Assembly: GCF_040938485.1 (NCBI RefSeq) | Contig: NW_027271426.1 | Location: 992,001 to 1,056,000 of the forward strand | From: Diadema antillarum | Taxonomy: Eukaryota | Length of the DNA stretch: 64,000 bases | Reading direction: 5' to 3' | Shown here: positions 1 through 13,393 of the stretch, piece after piece | How positions within the stretch are numbered: the first letter of the stretch is position 1 | Layout: each line of letters starts with the position of its first letter | The notes under the pieces: generated by a model | Databases searched by the model: none | What the model saw: only the letters and a program-made list of their open reading frames with translations | What the model was told of the DNA's origin: nothing | Translations under genes and position numbers: made by a program

Positions 1-194
1 GCGTTTCTTTCAGTTCATACACTCCACACTCTGCTTTTTTTTTTCTTCTGACATGTACTGTAAGAGTTTAAAAACATCTGGGACTGCATTTCTTTCCAAG
101 GATAAGTGGTGAAATATTCACTTGAGATTTCTCTCATGGCAATGTGTAGTTTATGTAGCCCGATCAGGTAACCTAGATTCAAAGTGGATTGTTA

Positions 195-260
195 TGCTGC
201 TGCTACTATTGCTACTACTACTACTACTACTACTACTGTTACTACTATTACTACTACTAC
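195..260. repeat. (CTA/TAC)n trinucleotide microsatellite
   Basis: Direct run of ctactacta...; explains the poly-L/poly-T ORFs in the track. Confidence 0.95.
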
Positions 261-487
261 CAGGGCCAGCGGAACGTTTTCAAAAGCATGGGGGCCCACT
301 TCCGGGTTTCATGAGCTAACAAGCAAAAAAAAAAAAAAAAAAGGTCTTCAGTGGAAAAACATAACCTTGCTGCACTCACACTTCAAGATCTCTATCTATT
401 TCTGTTTAGTGCCACTTGTGTACTTCCGGGTTAAAAAAAGTGTGGGGGCCCCGAGCCCCCATGACCCCCACGGTTCCGCCGGCCATG

Positions 488-545
488 ACTACTACATGTA
501 CTACTACTACTACTACTACTACTGCTACTGCTACTACTACTACTG
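488..545. repeat. (TAC)n microsatellite, tail of the adjacent SINE
   Basis: Direct run of tactactac abutting the 3' end of the minus-strand SINE at 545-760. Confidence 0.9.
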
Positions 546-760
546 TCTTATTTACCCAGGGTAGCCTCTTCGGTGTTGCCACTGCTCTATTAGAGGGTCC
601 TGCCATTATTATTACCCTAGCGTTGCAAGGTACCCATTTATACACCTGGTTTGAGAGGGACATGGTGGGTAAACACATCTTGTCCAAGGACGTAAGCACT
701 GGGCAGGATTCAAACTTGGGTCCTCATATCGGTAGTCGAGAGTCTTGTCCACTACGCCCC
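545..760 (-). mobile_element. tRNA-derived SINE
   Basis: Reverse complement starts GGCGTAGTGG (A-box-like) and has GTTTGAATCC (B-box-like). The body (ggtgtataaatgggtacc...gagcagtggcaacac..aagaggctaccctgggtaa) recurs at 31304-31700 and ends in a simple-repeat tail. Confidence 0.8.
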
Positions 761-1262
761 ACCCCCACCATGGCCCAAGTGGGCCCAGGTGGGCCACAAA
801 CAAAGTGTTAATAAGGTTGGCCCATGCATTATCAAAATGTTCATACATGGAGTCCTTGACAGATCTTGAGATGCCCTCACTTTCCAGAGTAATTCACAAA
901 TTTTATAAGCTATGCTTTTCTTGTGAATTCCTCTTTTCCATGTAGAGTTACAAATTAAGATTGTATTGCTTACTTATTTATTTATCCAAAGCAAAGTTGA
1001 TATCATTGTAACATTGTATTCATGTTTTGTTGAAACTTATGTGATTCAAAGTTCCTTAAAATATTATGTACTCATGTAAGCGTTACATTACTTTGTATTA
1101 CTTTATATGGAAATAAAATCATTTTTGAATTTTGAATTTGAATAATGGGAGGGGGGAGGATGCTTCAGTGATATTGCACTCCCTATGATTGAATGGTGAT
1201 GACATTGATAGAGTTGCTCAAGAACAAAAATGATAAATAAATGCAGAGAAGTGAATCATATA

Positions 1263-1697
1263 CAGTTCGACCTCGATTATCCGGCCTCCTTTTATCCGGA
1301 AATCTCTATTATCCGGACGCGTTCACGCAGTGAAGGACTTTTTTTTTTCATCCAAAAATTGAGAAAAAACAGTGACTTTAACATCTCTTCATGGATCTAT
1401 TTCACTAATTTCATAAGATGTGCATGATAGGTTTCTCAATATCTAATGAGGTAAAACATGTATGATTTTCACATAAAGATATACTTTATTTTTGTGAAGA
1501 AGGGACTACAATTTTGCGCAGGCTAGCATAGATTACACTACCGTTGCGGGGTACGCTACCTGCCTAGCTGCCAGTGCACGGGGACGGCAGCTTGGATGGC
1601 AGCTATATACATTAACATTGTGTCTCCCATATCCGGTCAATTCGCTTATCCGGATGAGCGCCGGTCCCGAAATGGCCGGATAATCGAGGTCGAACTG
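1263..1697. mobile_element. pogo/Tc1-mariner-type MITE
   Basis: 24-bp TIR cagttcgacctcgattatccggcc (1263-1286) / ggccggataatcgaggtcgaactg (1674-1697), TA on both flanks. Confidence 0.85.
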
Positions 1698-1949
1698 TAT
1701 ACATGTACACATGCATATTGCAGACTCCATTTCAGTAGCCAAGATGCGGTCTTGAGGCAAGGCGGGAAAAACACATAGGACCACAAAATTACAACCAAGA
1801 TGACAAGGACACCGAAGTAGAGAAAGAAGATGGAAATCAAGAAGGAAAGTCAATACAATGGACATTAAAAAGAAAAGACACAAGGTACAAGAAAAAACAA
1901 GCATACAAATGAACAAACAAAACAACACCAAAAATCACACACATATACT

Positions 1950-4900
1950 CACACACACACACACACCCACACAAAAGAAAAAAAAAAAGGTAAGGATAGT
2001 ATGGATTGCATCACCCTTCCATAATTCCATTTTCCTCTGAGGACTCCATCAATAACTGAATATGCTTTTTCAACTTTGGAATTATCTGTTTGGTGTATTC
2101 CCACACAAAGGGCGTGTGTGTGAAGCATCAAAAGCTCTGTGCAGACTTTTATACTTCTTGTGAAGTGCACAAGGCTGCAAAAAACACTTTGCTAATTTCA
2201 CATCCCCGAACTAAATTTTACATGCCGGACTTGCTCTGCATTTACTATACTATTAAAGGTAAAAGCCCCCCCCCCCCCCCCCCCCTTTTGATATCACATC
2301 TTTCTTAAAGTTTGTTCCATTTTCATTTACCATTTCATCTGCCTCCGCAGGTGTTATCCTTGTAAATCCAGATGAAAATTTGGGTGGAAGCTTTTTTTTT
2401 TTTTTGATCCTCCAATTTGTTCCAGACTGATGCACACTGATCCTGCCTGACCGCATCCTTTAAAACAGAACTTCCTCATCTGATCTAAATTCCTGAGCTG
2501 ATCCAACTCCTTCAAAACAAATCAAAAAGATGTGATTACAACACGTCAAGGTACGAGTATGTACAAACACATTAATCAAGGCTTAATTCTTTTTTTTATG
2601 CATACCTTCAAGGGGCTATCCCAAGAAGGTCGCTAGTGGCATCACTCGATGCAGCAACATTTTTTTCTTTTTTCAGCCGGACATTAATGAATAATTTCAG
2701 ACACAAGAACGAAGAATGCTACAAAATAGAAGAATGAGGTTTCAGAGACCGCTACATGTAGTTCCAAATCTTGTTTATTTCAATTACCTTAAAAATGTCA
2801 AACACTGAACAATGTGGAAGCAAAATAACAATCAATATTCACAAAGACACAATAGCAATTTCAAAAAAAAAAAAGAAGGGGGAAAAAAACATTGTGACAA
2901 TGCTATGCATACACACTCGTACATATCATCAACTGCTTACAGGAACAGACGAATCTCTTGGTTTTGGTCAATGCATGTGATTTACTGGTTCCTTAAGCTG
3001 CTGATGATATGACGAGAACTGAGATAAAAATCATACCGTCAAAATGGTCTCTTTCCATGTTATCCTTTTGAAATCCAAATTAGCCCTCACGGATCCTGAC
3101 GAAGGCTTTTGATTCGGAGACCTTTGAGAGATCCAGCAATTCTGGTCTGACTATTCTGCAGCAATCCATTGCGTACAAAATGCCACACGTCGTCACTGAA
3201 TCCCCACCTACCATCCGAATCAATTGCTGAAACCCTACAAAAGGTCCAGGTCTGAATGGGTAATTTTTCTTATCGTGGATGTTCGTGGGATCCAAGCTAA
3301 AAACATGCTGAACCCCTTTCCCTAATCTGTCTCCATGAAATCCCACTGATTCTGAATCTGGACTATGCTTTTGGTTACCCTACCACTTTTTTCTTTGTGA
3401 TCCTGCGATCCCGATTATCTGTGAAAGCTCTCTGATTTGACTGATTTGCATATCCTCCTTTTTCTTTTCTCTTTTTCTGATCCATGTAACTGATCCAGCA
3501 TCTGGAAAAAGCATGATCCGTGTGATCCGCGTGTGATCCCGCTTTGATCCACGGATGCCAGATCTGTGATCCCTGGATCCTGATTTGGTTCCCGAATACT
3601 GAGTCCAAATCCTGAATACATTCCTGGATCCCTTTCTTTTTGCATCTTTTGCATCCCATATTCCTGGATCCTGACAATGCTTTCCTGATCCAGAATATCC
3701 TCCACCTCTCTACATCCTCATCTTATGATCCTCCCTCCTCTTTGTCTCCGAAGGAGCCAATCTGAGACATATAAAGAGTCATGAAAATCGATTAGAAAAT
3801 CCTCACAAAGTATCTCAGCAACTGAGGTGTAACATGAACAAGGAAACACAAAAAGTGTGCAAAATCTTGCAAAACTTGTTAATGGTACCACAAGCTACAC
3901 CAGCCTAGCAAGCAAAGAAAAACAGAGTAAAAAAGGGCAAGGCATCAGATAATGTGGATCTGTTTCCAGGGATGTATTTCTGACCACAGCTAACGACTGC
4001 TTCACCACAAATTTGATGGTGAATGGGTCCTCTCAAATCTCGGATGTGGAACAGAATCGGCATGTCGAGTATGACAACGTGACCATGTGATGTGTTAAAG
4101 ATCGATTTGATATTAAAGTGGTGAACAGGATGTGTTTTGGGTACATTAAGGCATCCACATCCTGCATGCTTAAGACTCTCTATAGAGGAATCAAAGAGTT
4201 TGTTATTTTCCGCACGCAGCGAATCAGTGTTTCTTCCACCAACATGGCTCAGTAATCCGAGAGAAGATCAGTATACAATATGAATGCACATTTCCAATTT
4301 GTTGATTGTCAACCTGCAGTGTTGTGACAGTCAAAAACTTATACGGGGCTTTTGACTAACTTTCAAAAACTTTTCCACGATTGAATGAAAGGTGGCAATC
4401 TACCACTTTCTGTGTAAGAGCCAATATGCACATTCACTAACAAAACTGTAATCCAAGAATAAACAGCTTCTTTTTCGTACAAACAAGCTATTTGAATTTG
4501 GCGTGCAAGTACACTTCCTAATTACAATTACACTAGACATCCTCAAATGACAAAGTCATATTCACAGTGTAGATTCATAAAGACAAAGTTGTCATTATGT
4601 CAACTGCATTGTGATTCCCATATTGTTCGAGGCTACTTGCTTTTATGAGAACCCCAAACTGCTAAGTACATGCATGTTCAACATAAATCTGTACCACAAC
4701 TCATTATTTAAAGTGTCCCAAATGAATATATCACAGACCTTTCTCCTAGAAAAAAAAAAATCAATTTAGACACAATATGTTTTCCACACTAACACCAATT
4801 TCCAATATTTACACCGAAAATTAAATCATTGAATGTGTTCTATATTTACATGTGCCGACACAATTATCCTTTCATGCAACCTTTCCACACTTTTTTTTTT

Positions 4901-7900
4901 CAGGAACATGAACCGAAAGAGTATAACGGGCGATGTGCTGCTTCATTACACATGATATCTAATTTGCACTGGATGGACCAAAACATGCTTCCCAGTTCAA
5001 TTTGTACACATTAAAGCATCAAATACTAAATACTCCTATCGGCAAAATAACATGTCGTATTTGTCACATAGACTCATTACAAGAAGTTTTCCAGTCACTT
5101 AATGAGGATTTTATGCAATGAGGGTGACGTGCAAACTGTGATACAGTATGACTATAAGGATGGAAAAATATGAATTTGTGTACAAACTTGATCAATTGTT
5201 CACCAGCCCCATGTGAGTAAACCCAACAGACAGGTTAAACCTGCACTTTCCCAAAAGAAATCACCAATGTGGGCACTTATGACACATTTGTTTATGCCAA
5301 TGTGATTGTGAATGAAATACCTTTCTCAAAATGAAAACTTATGAAAGTAGCAAAAAAGTAAGATGAAATAAAACCATGACAATCTGAGTAGAGAAAACAA
5401 AACTCGGAGCGCAATACTGACAAAATATGCTACATATGATATGATGATTTCTAGAACATATTCTGCCATCTGTCATTCACTTCAAAACATTTTGTCACAA
5501 ATGAATTGCATCTACTCATTCTGGAAACTACACTGCTTAATGATTAGACGACCTGAAGTACAAACTCAAAATATGATACACTATTGAACCCTGGCCAATT
5601 TATTGGGATGTTTTCCGAGTATCACTCCTTTAAACATTAGAATATCAAATCCAAAAATTTCTCCTGAGCCCCTCACTTTCATAAAGCACTTTTGTGACGA
5701 CAGCAACTTCCAACAACTGCACCTCCCACAACAGCATCACTGCAACGACCGAACAACGGCAAAGCAGTGCCACCGTTGAGCCATGGGCAGCTGCAATAAT
5801 TGTAACGTACAAAATAGCCAGACTTCAGACTCCCGTACCGCAGGAAAGACTTTGCATGAGGGAAAGCACTTAAATCCCCATATATTGTGACACCATGATA
5901 AACAGCCTTTTGATTATATCTGACAGGCCTGAAGAAGGACATAAGTTGATAAATTCCACCTAAGGTTGCTGACAGTCACATTTTCCATTGTCAGGTGATG
6001 TATAAAAAGAAGAAGAAAAAGAACAAAAGAAGAACACATGGGAGATGGCATGCATTAAGGTTCATGTTTTAATTACCCATAGGTGCCTTGTGATAAGGTT
6101 AATATATTCTCCAGAAATACATGCAAATGAGAAGATATAAAGTTAAATTTCCACCCTTACTTCTCTCTCGCTAAACAAAAGTGAAGGGAGCATATGGTTA
6201 GCATGGCAATCGTAATACAATGAAGAAAGGGAAATACAAGCAGATGATTTGACCGTCCTAAAGTATAATCAGTGGTTTGGGTAAATGCTCCCAGAGAAAG
6301 TATTATATGTATGTACAGCTCAGATTCTGGTGCTTGGTGCAGAGCAAATATTGAAAGGAGGAACATCCTACAGAGATGAGCCAGCAGTAACTACAGAAAG
6401 AGTGAGTAAGGAAAAAAAAAGGGACTATTTACATAGAGAATCACATACACAACATTTTCCAGCATCCTCAAAATACCATCTGCGACGCTGCTACAAGAAG
6501 TGGGAAGTGTCAACTCTGCTGGACGCAACCTGTCACAGGTGAGCCTACGATCGTGACCTCGACCTCGATCTGGACCTCGATCGAGAGCTCCGCGAGCGGG
6601 AGCGTGAGAAGGACCTGGACCGCGATCGGCGGTGGCGGCCACCGCCGCCTCCCCAGCGGGGGCTGCGGGATCGACTCCTGGAACGGTAGCCCCCGCCGCG
6701 ACGTGGGCTCATCGAGCGACTCCTGGAACGATATCCAGTGCTGCTGGGGTCGATCTTCACGTGGATGTAAGAGGTCTCTCCCTGAAAGTCATAGGATGTT
6801 GATAAGTAACAGAAGGGCATTAATTTCAATCTTCAGTGAAAACTGAACATCAGCAAAACCATCCTGGAAAATTCAAAAGATTCTTTTCCAGCAATAACCA
6901 TTTCTGTAATGCTTTGTTTAAAACTTAAAGCCAAATAATGTTTTGTTAATCTAAATGTATGGTCTGGAAGAAAACTGTAAAATACTGCTTTTTATCGCGT
7001 ACCTTCTTCAACTTCCATCCATTCTGGATAAAACAAAAAACACACTAACAAACAGGAAAAAAAGAAAATTTGAGATGTTTCACTCAAGAGCTGCCTGTTA
7101 ATAGTTGTGTGTCCTGTCACTGATCTTAAGCTTAACCATGCTGTCACAATCTTTTAATATTCTTTGTGAACATGAGTAAAGATATAACATTCTTCCTTGC
7201 ATCCTCTTTAACTACACAACAGCAATAAACAGCAACAATTTCAAACTCACATAACAGCAGTTTGGTATAATTTCCTCTACAAAACTGTATCTCCCTTTAT
7301 TTCTTTTTTTAGTTTTCATTCAATTAGCTCCGACCCCGTAAGTACAGAAAATCTTAAAAAGAAACAATGGTACCTCATGTGACCTGAACTTGGTGTCGTC
7401 AAGCTGTTTGGAGGCGTATTTCATGTCTTCAGCACGCAGGAATTCAACCACACCAGTTCCGTCTCTGTAAACGTCGGCGTAGCACACATCGCCGGCCTCT
7501 CGCATGTGATCCTTCAAGTCCTGCCAACTCCCAGTCGAGGGTAGACCTGTTGAGCAGAGAGGGTTCTGTGAAACATCTTATACATCCCCCCAGCCCAGTA
7601 GACTATCGAAAGCATTCATTTTCACTGGTTTTCAGAGACTCTGCCTGGTTTACCCATCACTTTCAGCCATTTCCAATGGGCTTTTTGGGCAGCAGGCTAG
7701 CAATTCTTATCATTACTTCCAAGATATCAAGGTATTATACCATATTCTTGCATGCTCATACTACAGAATCTTCAGTCACCAGCTTGCACAACTCCATGAC
7801 AAAATTCTTTCGGGGATGTTTAAAGAACTCATCGTGTAGAATTTAATATCCTCCTTCTGGTCCCAGGTGATAGGCAACATCTGGTGCTACACAAATGAGC

Positions 7901-8770
7901 AAGTCAGCAAACCATGGCCAACAAACCTGACACGATGCAGCGGTAGTGGGATCTCCTGGGTGGCGGTCCCCTGGGACGGGTGCCCTTGAATCCCTTGGTC
8001 CCCCGGGGGAATTCAACCCGTATCCGGTAGCCATCATAGTTGTAGCCGTCTCTGGCCAGCACTGCGTCATCAGCATCTCTGTTCATAGGGAAGGATTCAA
8101 CAGATTTAATGCGAAAATGTGAAAATGAAATTACAGTAAAATAAACATACAGCAGAATGTTGCTTGGTTGGTAATGTTTCTTCAACAAAACATCAAAATG
8201 CTACCTTAATGACCCCACATAGAGTGAGAATAATCACTACCTAGCAAGTCTTGTTACACAACAGGATAAGCCACAATACTCTACCAGATCCAACCTTATG
8301 TTTCTAAAACACTACCATAATGTCTCAATCACTGGGTGACACAAATTTGAAACAGGTAAACATGTCGTGCACCACCAACAGTGATGAACATGCTTTCACA
8401 AAAGCTTTCAAACATTTCAATTTGGTGCTCTGAAATAAAGAGAGATAGAGGGAAAAAGTTAAGCTGTTGGCATTGGTTCACCTCTTATCATAGAATTCGA
8501 CGAAAGCAAACGGTGCTCCAAATCCGCCCGAAGTTCCTTGCCTCTTGTTCTTCAGGTCGATGTCTGCGATGTGACCAAACTTGTAGAACATGTCATCGAT
8601 GTCCCTCTCCCGGATGTCGGGTGGAAGGTTGCCAACGTAAATCCTGCACTCATTGTTTCCAGCGGGGCCTCGAACAATAGATGACGATGCCATGATGATC
8701 ACAACGCTAGGAAAAGTACCATACAAAACAATGAAATTGTAGAAAACTGTGGTTTTTCAAAACTGTCACT
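1950..8770 (-). repeat. Left arm of inverted segmental duplication (pairs with about 35210-42900)
   Basis: Reverse-complement similarity runs through coding exons, introns and about 4.5 kb of 3' sequence; copy B has an extra ~1.2 kb at about 41400-42600. Confidence 0.92.
6545..8693 (-). CDS. SRSF1: SR splicing factor SRSF1/SRSF9-like, copy A (RRM1 + pseudo-RRM2 + RS domain), 257 aa
   Basis: Exons 8693-8482, 8078-7927, 7546-7374, 6781-6545, all GT-AG and phase-consistent (774 nt). Motifs [64 protein letters not shown] and an RS-rich tail. Confidence 0.95.
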
Positions 8771-11613
8771 TTGCATTTCTTGAAAAACATATTTTTGGGC
8801 AAAGATAACATAACAACATTTAAGAGGTCAATAGTAGACCTATAGAACCTTTAATGTCAATTATCGCTTAGTCGCCACTTGCGTGTATTTCCTATGCGCT
8901 TCCGGGTTGGCGAACTATCAATAGGCACTGTATTAGTTCGCCGCCCATAGCACGCCATGTATTAATTAGCGAATTTCTTATACACACACTTCAATGTAGG
9001 ATACATTGTGCATCATCGCGTTTGAAAACCTTTGTTAATTTGCCACCTGAAATCCATTCAAAATAAAAAACATCCTCGCATCAAAAATGGTTTTGTCACC
9101 TGTTACATATATGGTAAAATACATTTGGATTATAATTAGAATCTACTTGTGTTTTTATGGAGGATAAAAGGTGAATTAAGAATGTATTTTGAGAGCGATG
9201 AAAATCCGTCACCCCATATACCAGCTGATCTCCGATCGCGGCGCACGTTACATGCGATATGAATGTCTGGCAATTTTAGGTAGTGGCGACTTAACACATT
9301 AATGGTAATTGACATTAGACTTAACACTCTTTAAAATTTGTCACGTCTTAAAAAGAGCAATCAATGTTCAAGTTCAAGATGAATGCAGACATTGAATACT
9401 GCCAGCTACAGTAGGAGAGTAGATCGTATCACCGGACGCTTTTTTTTCCGTGACTTTGAATTCCGTACTCAGAGGATGAAATTTTGGCTAAAAATAACAC
9501 CACTTATTCACAGACTCCTGGAAATTACGAATTCAGCCAACTCATGTCAATTGTTCGCTCCAGTTCTTAGAAAATATGCTTCAAACATACCCCTCTAAAA
9601 AAAGTTGTCCTTTTGCGCAGTGCAAAATCGCATTGTAATTCCGAACACGATTTTCGCAATGAAATAATCGATGTCTTTCGCACCTAGTCCTTGTACCAGA
9701 ATCACAATTCATCCCACAAATCACAGTACACATTCTCACCAAGCGGATGACAAAGAAAAATCGGCAAAAGAAGCTCAAATTTTGTATTTTACAGTAAAAA
9801 TTTCTATCTTGAACATTTCGAACAGTTCACGCAATAAAACCGTATGAAAAATTGACAATCAAATTTTGTGTGCTTTGTCTATGGAAGCGCAGGTAACGAG
9901 TTGCAGGCCTCGAAATAGGATTTTGGAGGGGCACGGCCATTTAGAAAAGGGCACTTTTTCCAAGAGGCCAGGGCACTTAAGCCAGTCAGAGGGGCACCAA
10001 GGCCACATTGGAAAGGGCATGTTTGGTGTTTATGAAAAAAGAAAGAAGAAAAACAAACCTAGAAAAACAAACAAACACACACACACACACACACACACAC
10101 AAAGTGCAACACACAACAAAAACCTCTTCCCTACAGCTGTAACACATTCCCGATCTCCGCGTTTCTATCAGGTGAAACAACATTTTTTAAAACAGGAATA
10201 AAACAACAGTAGGTATTGATTGAAACTCGACACCCTTTCAGGCCAGCCAGGCTGCCATGAAACTTCAAAGCACATTCCGACAGCTGGCTGGCAAAACCAC
10301 AAGGCAAAGGAATTTGCGTGCGCGTGTAGATTGCTATGATTAGTCTGTGACAGACAGTTCATGACCTCCAAGAATGTGCCAGTACGCGCGGTTTCTTCTG
10401 TTGATTGGTCTCTCTCTCTCTCTCTCTCCACCCCTCCCCATTCCCCACTCTGGCACACCTTGGCATCGTGGGATTTTTCTTTTTTCTTGGTGAACTTGGA
10501 GTTCACTCTTCACTACTCTATCTGAATATGCGCTGCCTAGCTAGCTGCTACTCGCGCGGCCGCTGCGCTGCGGAGGCAGTCGGGACGGTAAAAGCCGGTC
10601 GGGCGTACATGTACGTACACGTCGTCTCGTATCTCGGAAAGATACTTTGAGTTTGAATCAGATATATCGGGACGCGAGTGAACTGAAGGTATGATATTTG
10701 AGATCAGGAAAGTTGTTCAAGCTTATTAAAGAGACTTTGAGAAAGGGCATATCATACGTCATAAATAATAACTTTCATTCTAAAGGGGCACCACGGCCCC
10801 AAGAAAAAGGGCACATTTTTTTTTTTGGCCGTAACTTTGATCAAAAAACAAAAGGCATTGCGGCCAACGAGAGGGGCACCGACGGCCATGGCCGTCGGTG
10901 GCCGTCGGTTAATTCGAGGCCGGAGTTGCGGGCCTTGCGGGCCCCTTCCTTAGCGCACAACTTTCCGCATCGTTCGCGTTTGAGGACGATACAGCTGTAG
11001 CTGCAAATTTCCGGTATCTATCAGTGAACTTGTGGTTCTATAAGAGTCTTCAGCATTTTTCCTGTATGTGAGAGGGATTTCATAGAATTTCAGTTACGAC
11101 ATGTGATTTAAACATGCATAAATAAATGTTAACTATGACGAGGTGCAGGTCACTCAACTATAAATTTGAGGTAAAATGTGAATTTCTTCATGTTTTTACA
11201 TTCTTATGTCACGTTTTTTGCGATTTCGGTCCACACAACGTTCTGCTTTGTGACTTAGTGTAAGGGTGAGGCTAATCTACGAGGTCTTGCGCGTACTGAA
11301 TGTCATCAGTACGCAAAAATGTGCGTGTCCGGAATTACCATGCTGTCTGGTAATTACCATATCCGTAGCATAGGAACTAACATGCTACCTGTAACTTAGG
11401 CCTAGTACAATGTCCCCAATGAGTCAATGTAACAATATACTAGAAGTCTATATAGATCTACAGTACAGTCGTACAGACTATTCAACTTCAAGTAGGCCTA
11501 GCTAGACGAGAAAAACAATGCAATGCAAGACTAACGTTAATACCAATAGAATTAAGGAACATACACTGCACTGACCCTGTAGCCTAGGCTTAAATGATGA
11601 TGTATGACTCGAG

Positions 11614-11680
11614 CTGGGCCCCGTTTCATAAAGCTGTTCGTAAAGACCAAGTTACGAACAGCTTTATGAAACACCCCCTG
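11614..11680. mobile_element. Short hairpin MITE relic, same family as 31420-31591
   Basis: gtttcataaagctgttcgtaa ... ttacgaacagctttatgaaac inverted arms; terminus cccctg. Confidence 0.6.
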
Positions 11681-11749
11681 ATGTATATACATCATAACCA
11701 CTGGATATGGAACACTAGCACTGCGTCCGTCCGCATGCTGCACTGGACA

Positions 11750-12310
11750 CTGAATACACACACACAGCACACACACACACATCCAAGTTGTTGCATGCAT
11801 TTTTGCTTGAATATTTACGGATTAAATTATGGTTTATGAAGCAACTTTACGACCTCACCATAACCCTCTAACCAAAATACACACTAATATAATTCTCAGT
11901 GGTGAAATAAGCACCTAACGGACATATTTCAATGAAACATTCCACTGTTCATGTGGAAAGCTTACCTATCACTCTCAGGATCGGGTCAACTGAGCACACT
12001 TGTACGTACACGTACACACACAAGCAACGAATTATGGAAACGTACGTACGTACGTACGTACGTACGGACTGAGTGCGCATTTTATATAGCATGTACGCAT
12101 ACGGCGCGCAGAGCGGGGCAATAATCTATCGAATGCGTATCAAGCGAGAAGATACGAGAGCGCGGCGCTCTATCATCACTGCTAATACGATTTCCGAACA
12201 GCTTTCGGAAAGTCTCGGCACTGGTTTCGGATAAAAGTTTGCTGACCACATAAATTAGTCTGTTATGACTAGACTCAATTAACTATTTCTTTCTATAATC
12301 ATTTTAACTG
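11750..12310 (-). promoter_or_regulatory. Putative promoter and non-coding first exon of SR gene copy A
   Basis: Reverse-complement homology to 31940-32350. Donor tag|gtaagc with exon boundary at 11966, matching acceptor cctag| at 8706 just upstream of the ATG. Confidence 0.6.
12040..12066. repeat. (GTAC)n tetranucleotide microsatellite
   Basis: Direct cgtacgtacgtac run. Confidence 0.85.
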
Positions 12311-13393
12311 GGGTACTGCATGTAGTTATTCATGTTTTTTCCCTTACTTCCACTAGTTTTTGCAAATTAGATTCAATCTTATGAATATTCATGATCGACA
12401 TAGACCCAAATGTATGTCGTCTTTGAACGGCTTATTATCAGTAATCAATTTAGTACGCCGTCACATGTCTTTACAACCAGTTTGTATCACTAGCATTTAG
12501 ACTGGTAAAAAATATGTCGTATTGAAATATGAAAATTGAATTAACAACTTTATGTTTTGATGCCTTTTATCTATTTCAGCTAGATTCCAAATTGTAGATT
12601 CTCTCTTACGATTGTTTCAAAGAAATGTTTTTATTTCGATTCCATCATTCATATTTGATTACAATTTGAACATGTTGTTATTGTTTGCTAGCTGCATGAT
12701 ATTTCAAACATTTTACAAAGTAGTAAAAAATTGATGTTGCATAAATACATGTTATCATTATGTAATTAGTATATAGTATTGATACACTACAAAAATATAA
12801 TACACAACAATTACAGTCATCACTTCTTGTCCCTTTTTATGAAAATTCATGATCTATATGGAAACCAATAGAAGCCAAGTTCCAACTGGAATTAACTGGT
12901 ATCATATTTTCTGTTCCGTTCATTAGTTTAATTACACTGTGTATATACAAACCATTTTTGTCGACTGACACCCGAGGAAATAAGTTATGCATAATGGTTT
13001 CTTGTCTCGAAGTCGTGCAGTATCGTACAGTCACACAGAAGAATAGCGAATAATAAAAGTGATGAGATATGGAGCTATGATAGCAGTTCACCAATATGAA
13101 CTTTATCATATCAGCATAACCACATGTCTACCATGTGGGAGAAAAAAATGCAACCCACAGCTCTGATTCCCAAGTTCACATTTCTCGAAGTGATTTCGTT
13201 TCGTATCGTTTCGTTTCGTTTTATTTCATCTTTAACACATTATGGTATACAACATTACACAAGTATACTAATAATACAACAATGCAATGAAAAGCATGTA
13301 CAATGATACAGTTTTCAGTGGCGGATCCAGAGGGGAGCGCAACCGGCGCAGGCCCTCCCTTTATTTTTCGTTAAAAACAAGAGAAATAAAAAG

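Noticed and set aside
122-811. ORFs with poly-Leu/Thr/Tyr/Val tracts
   Set aside because: Translations of (CTA)n microsatellites and a SINE; no protein signature.
3375-3705. Two ~100-aa ORFs preserved in both duplicate arms (also 39944-40271)
   Set aside because: Overlapping frames both stay open because GGATC/A-rich sequence is stop-poor; no domain, and all frames are closed just after the upstream acceptor. Treated as non-coding.
8850-9320. Degenerate inverted ends (aatgtcaatta..agtcgccact)
   Set aside because: Too decayed to define boundaries or family.
9904-10923. Possible TIR element (caggcctcgaaat / aattcgaggcc) with gggcac repeats enclosing a CpG-rich patch
   Set aside because: Inverted match only about 10 bp and no TSD found; cannot separate a transposon from an alternative promoter.
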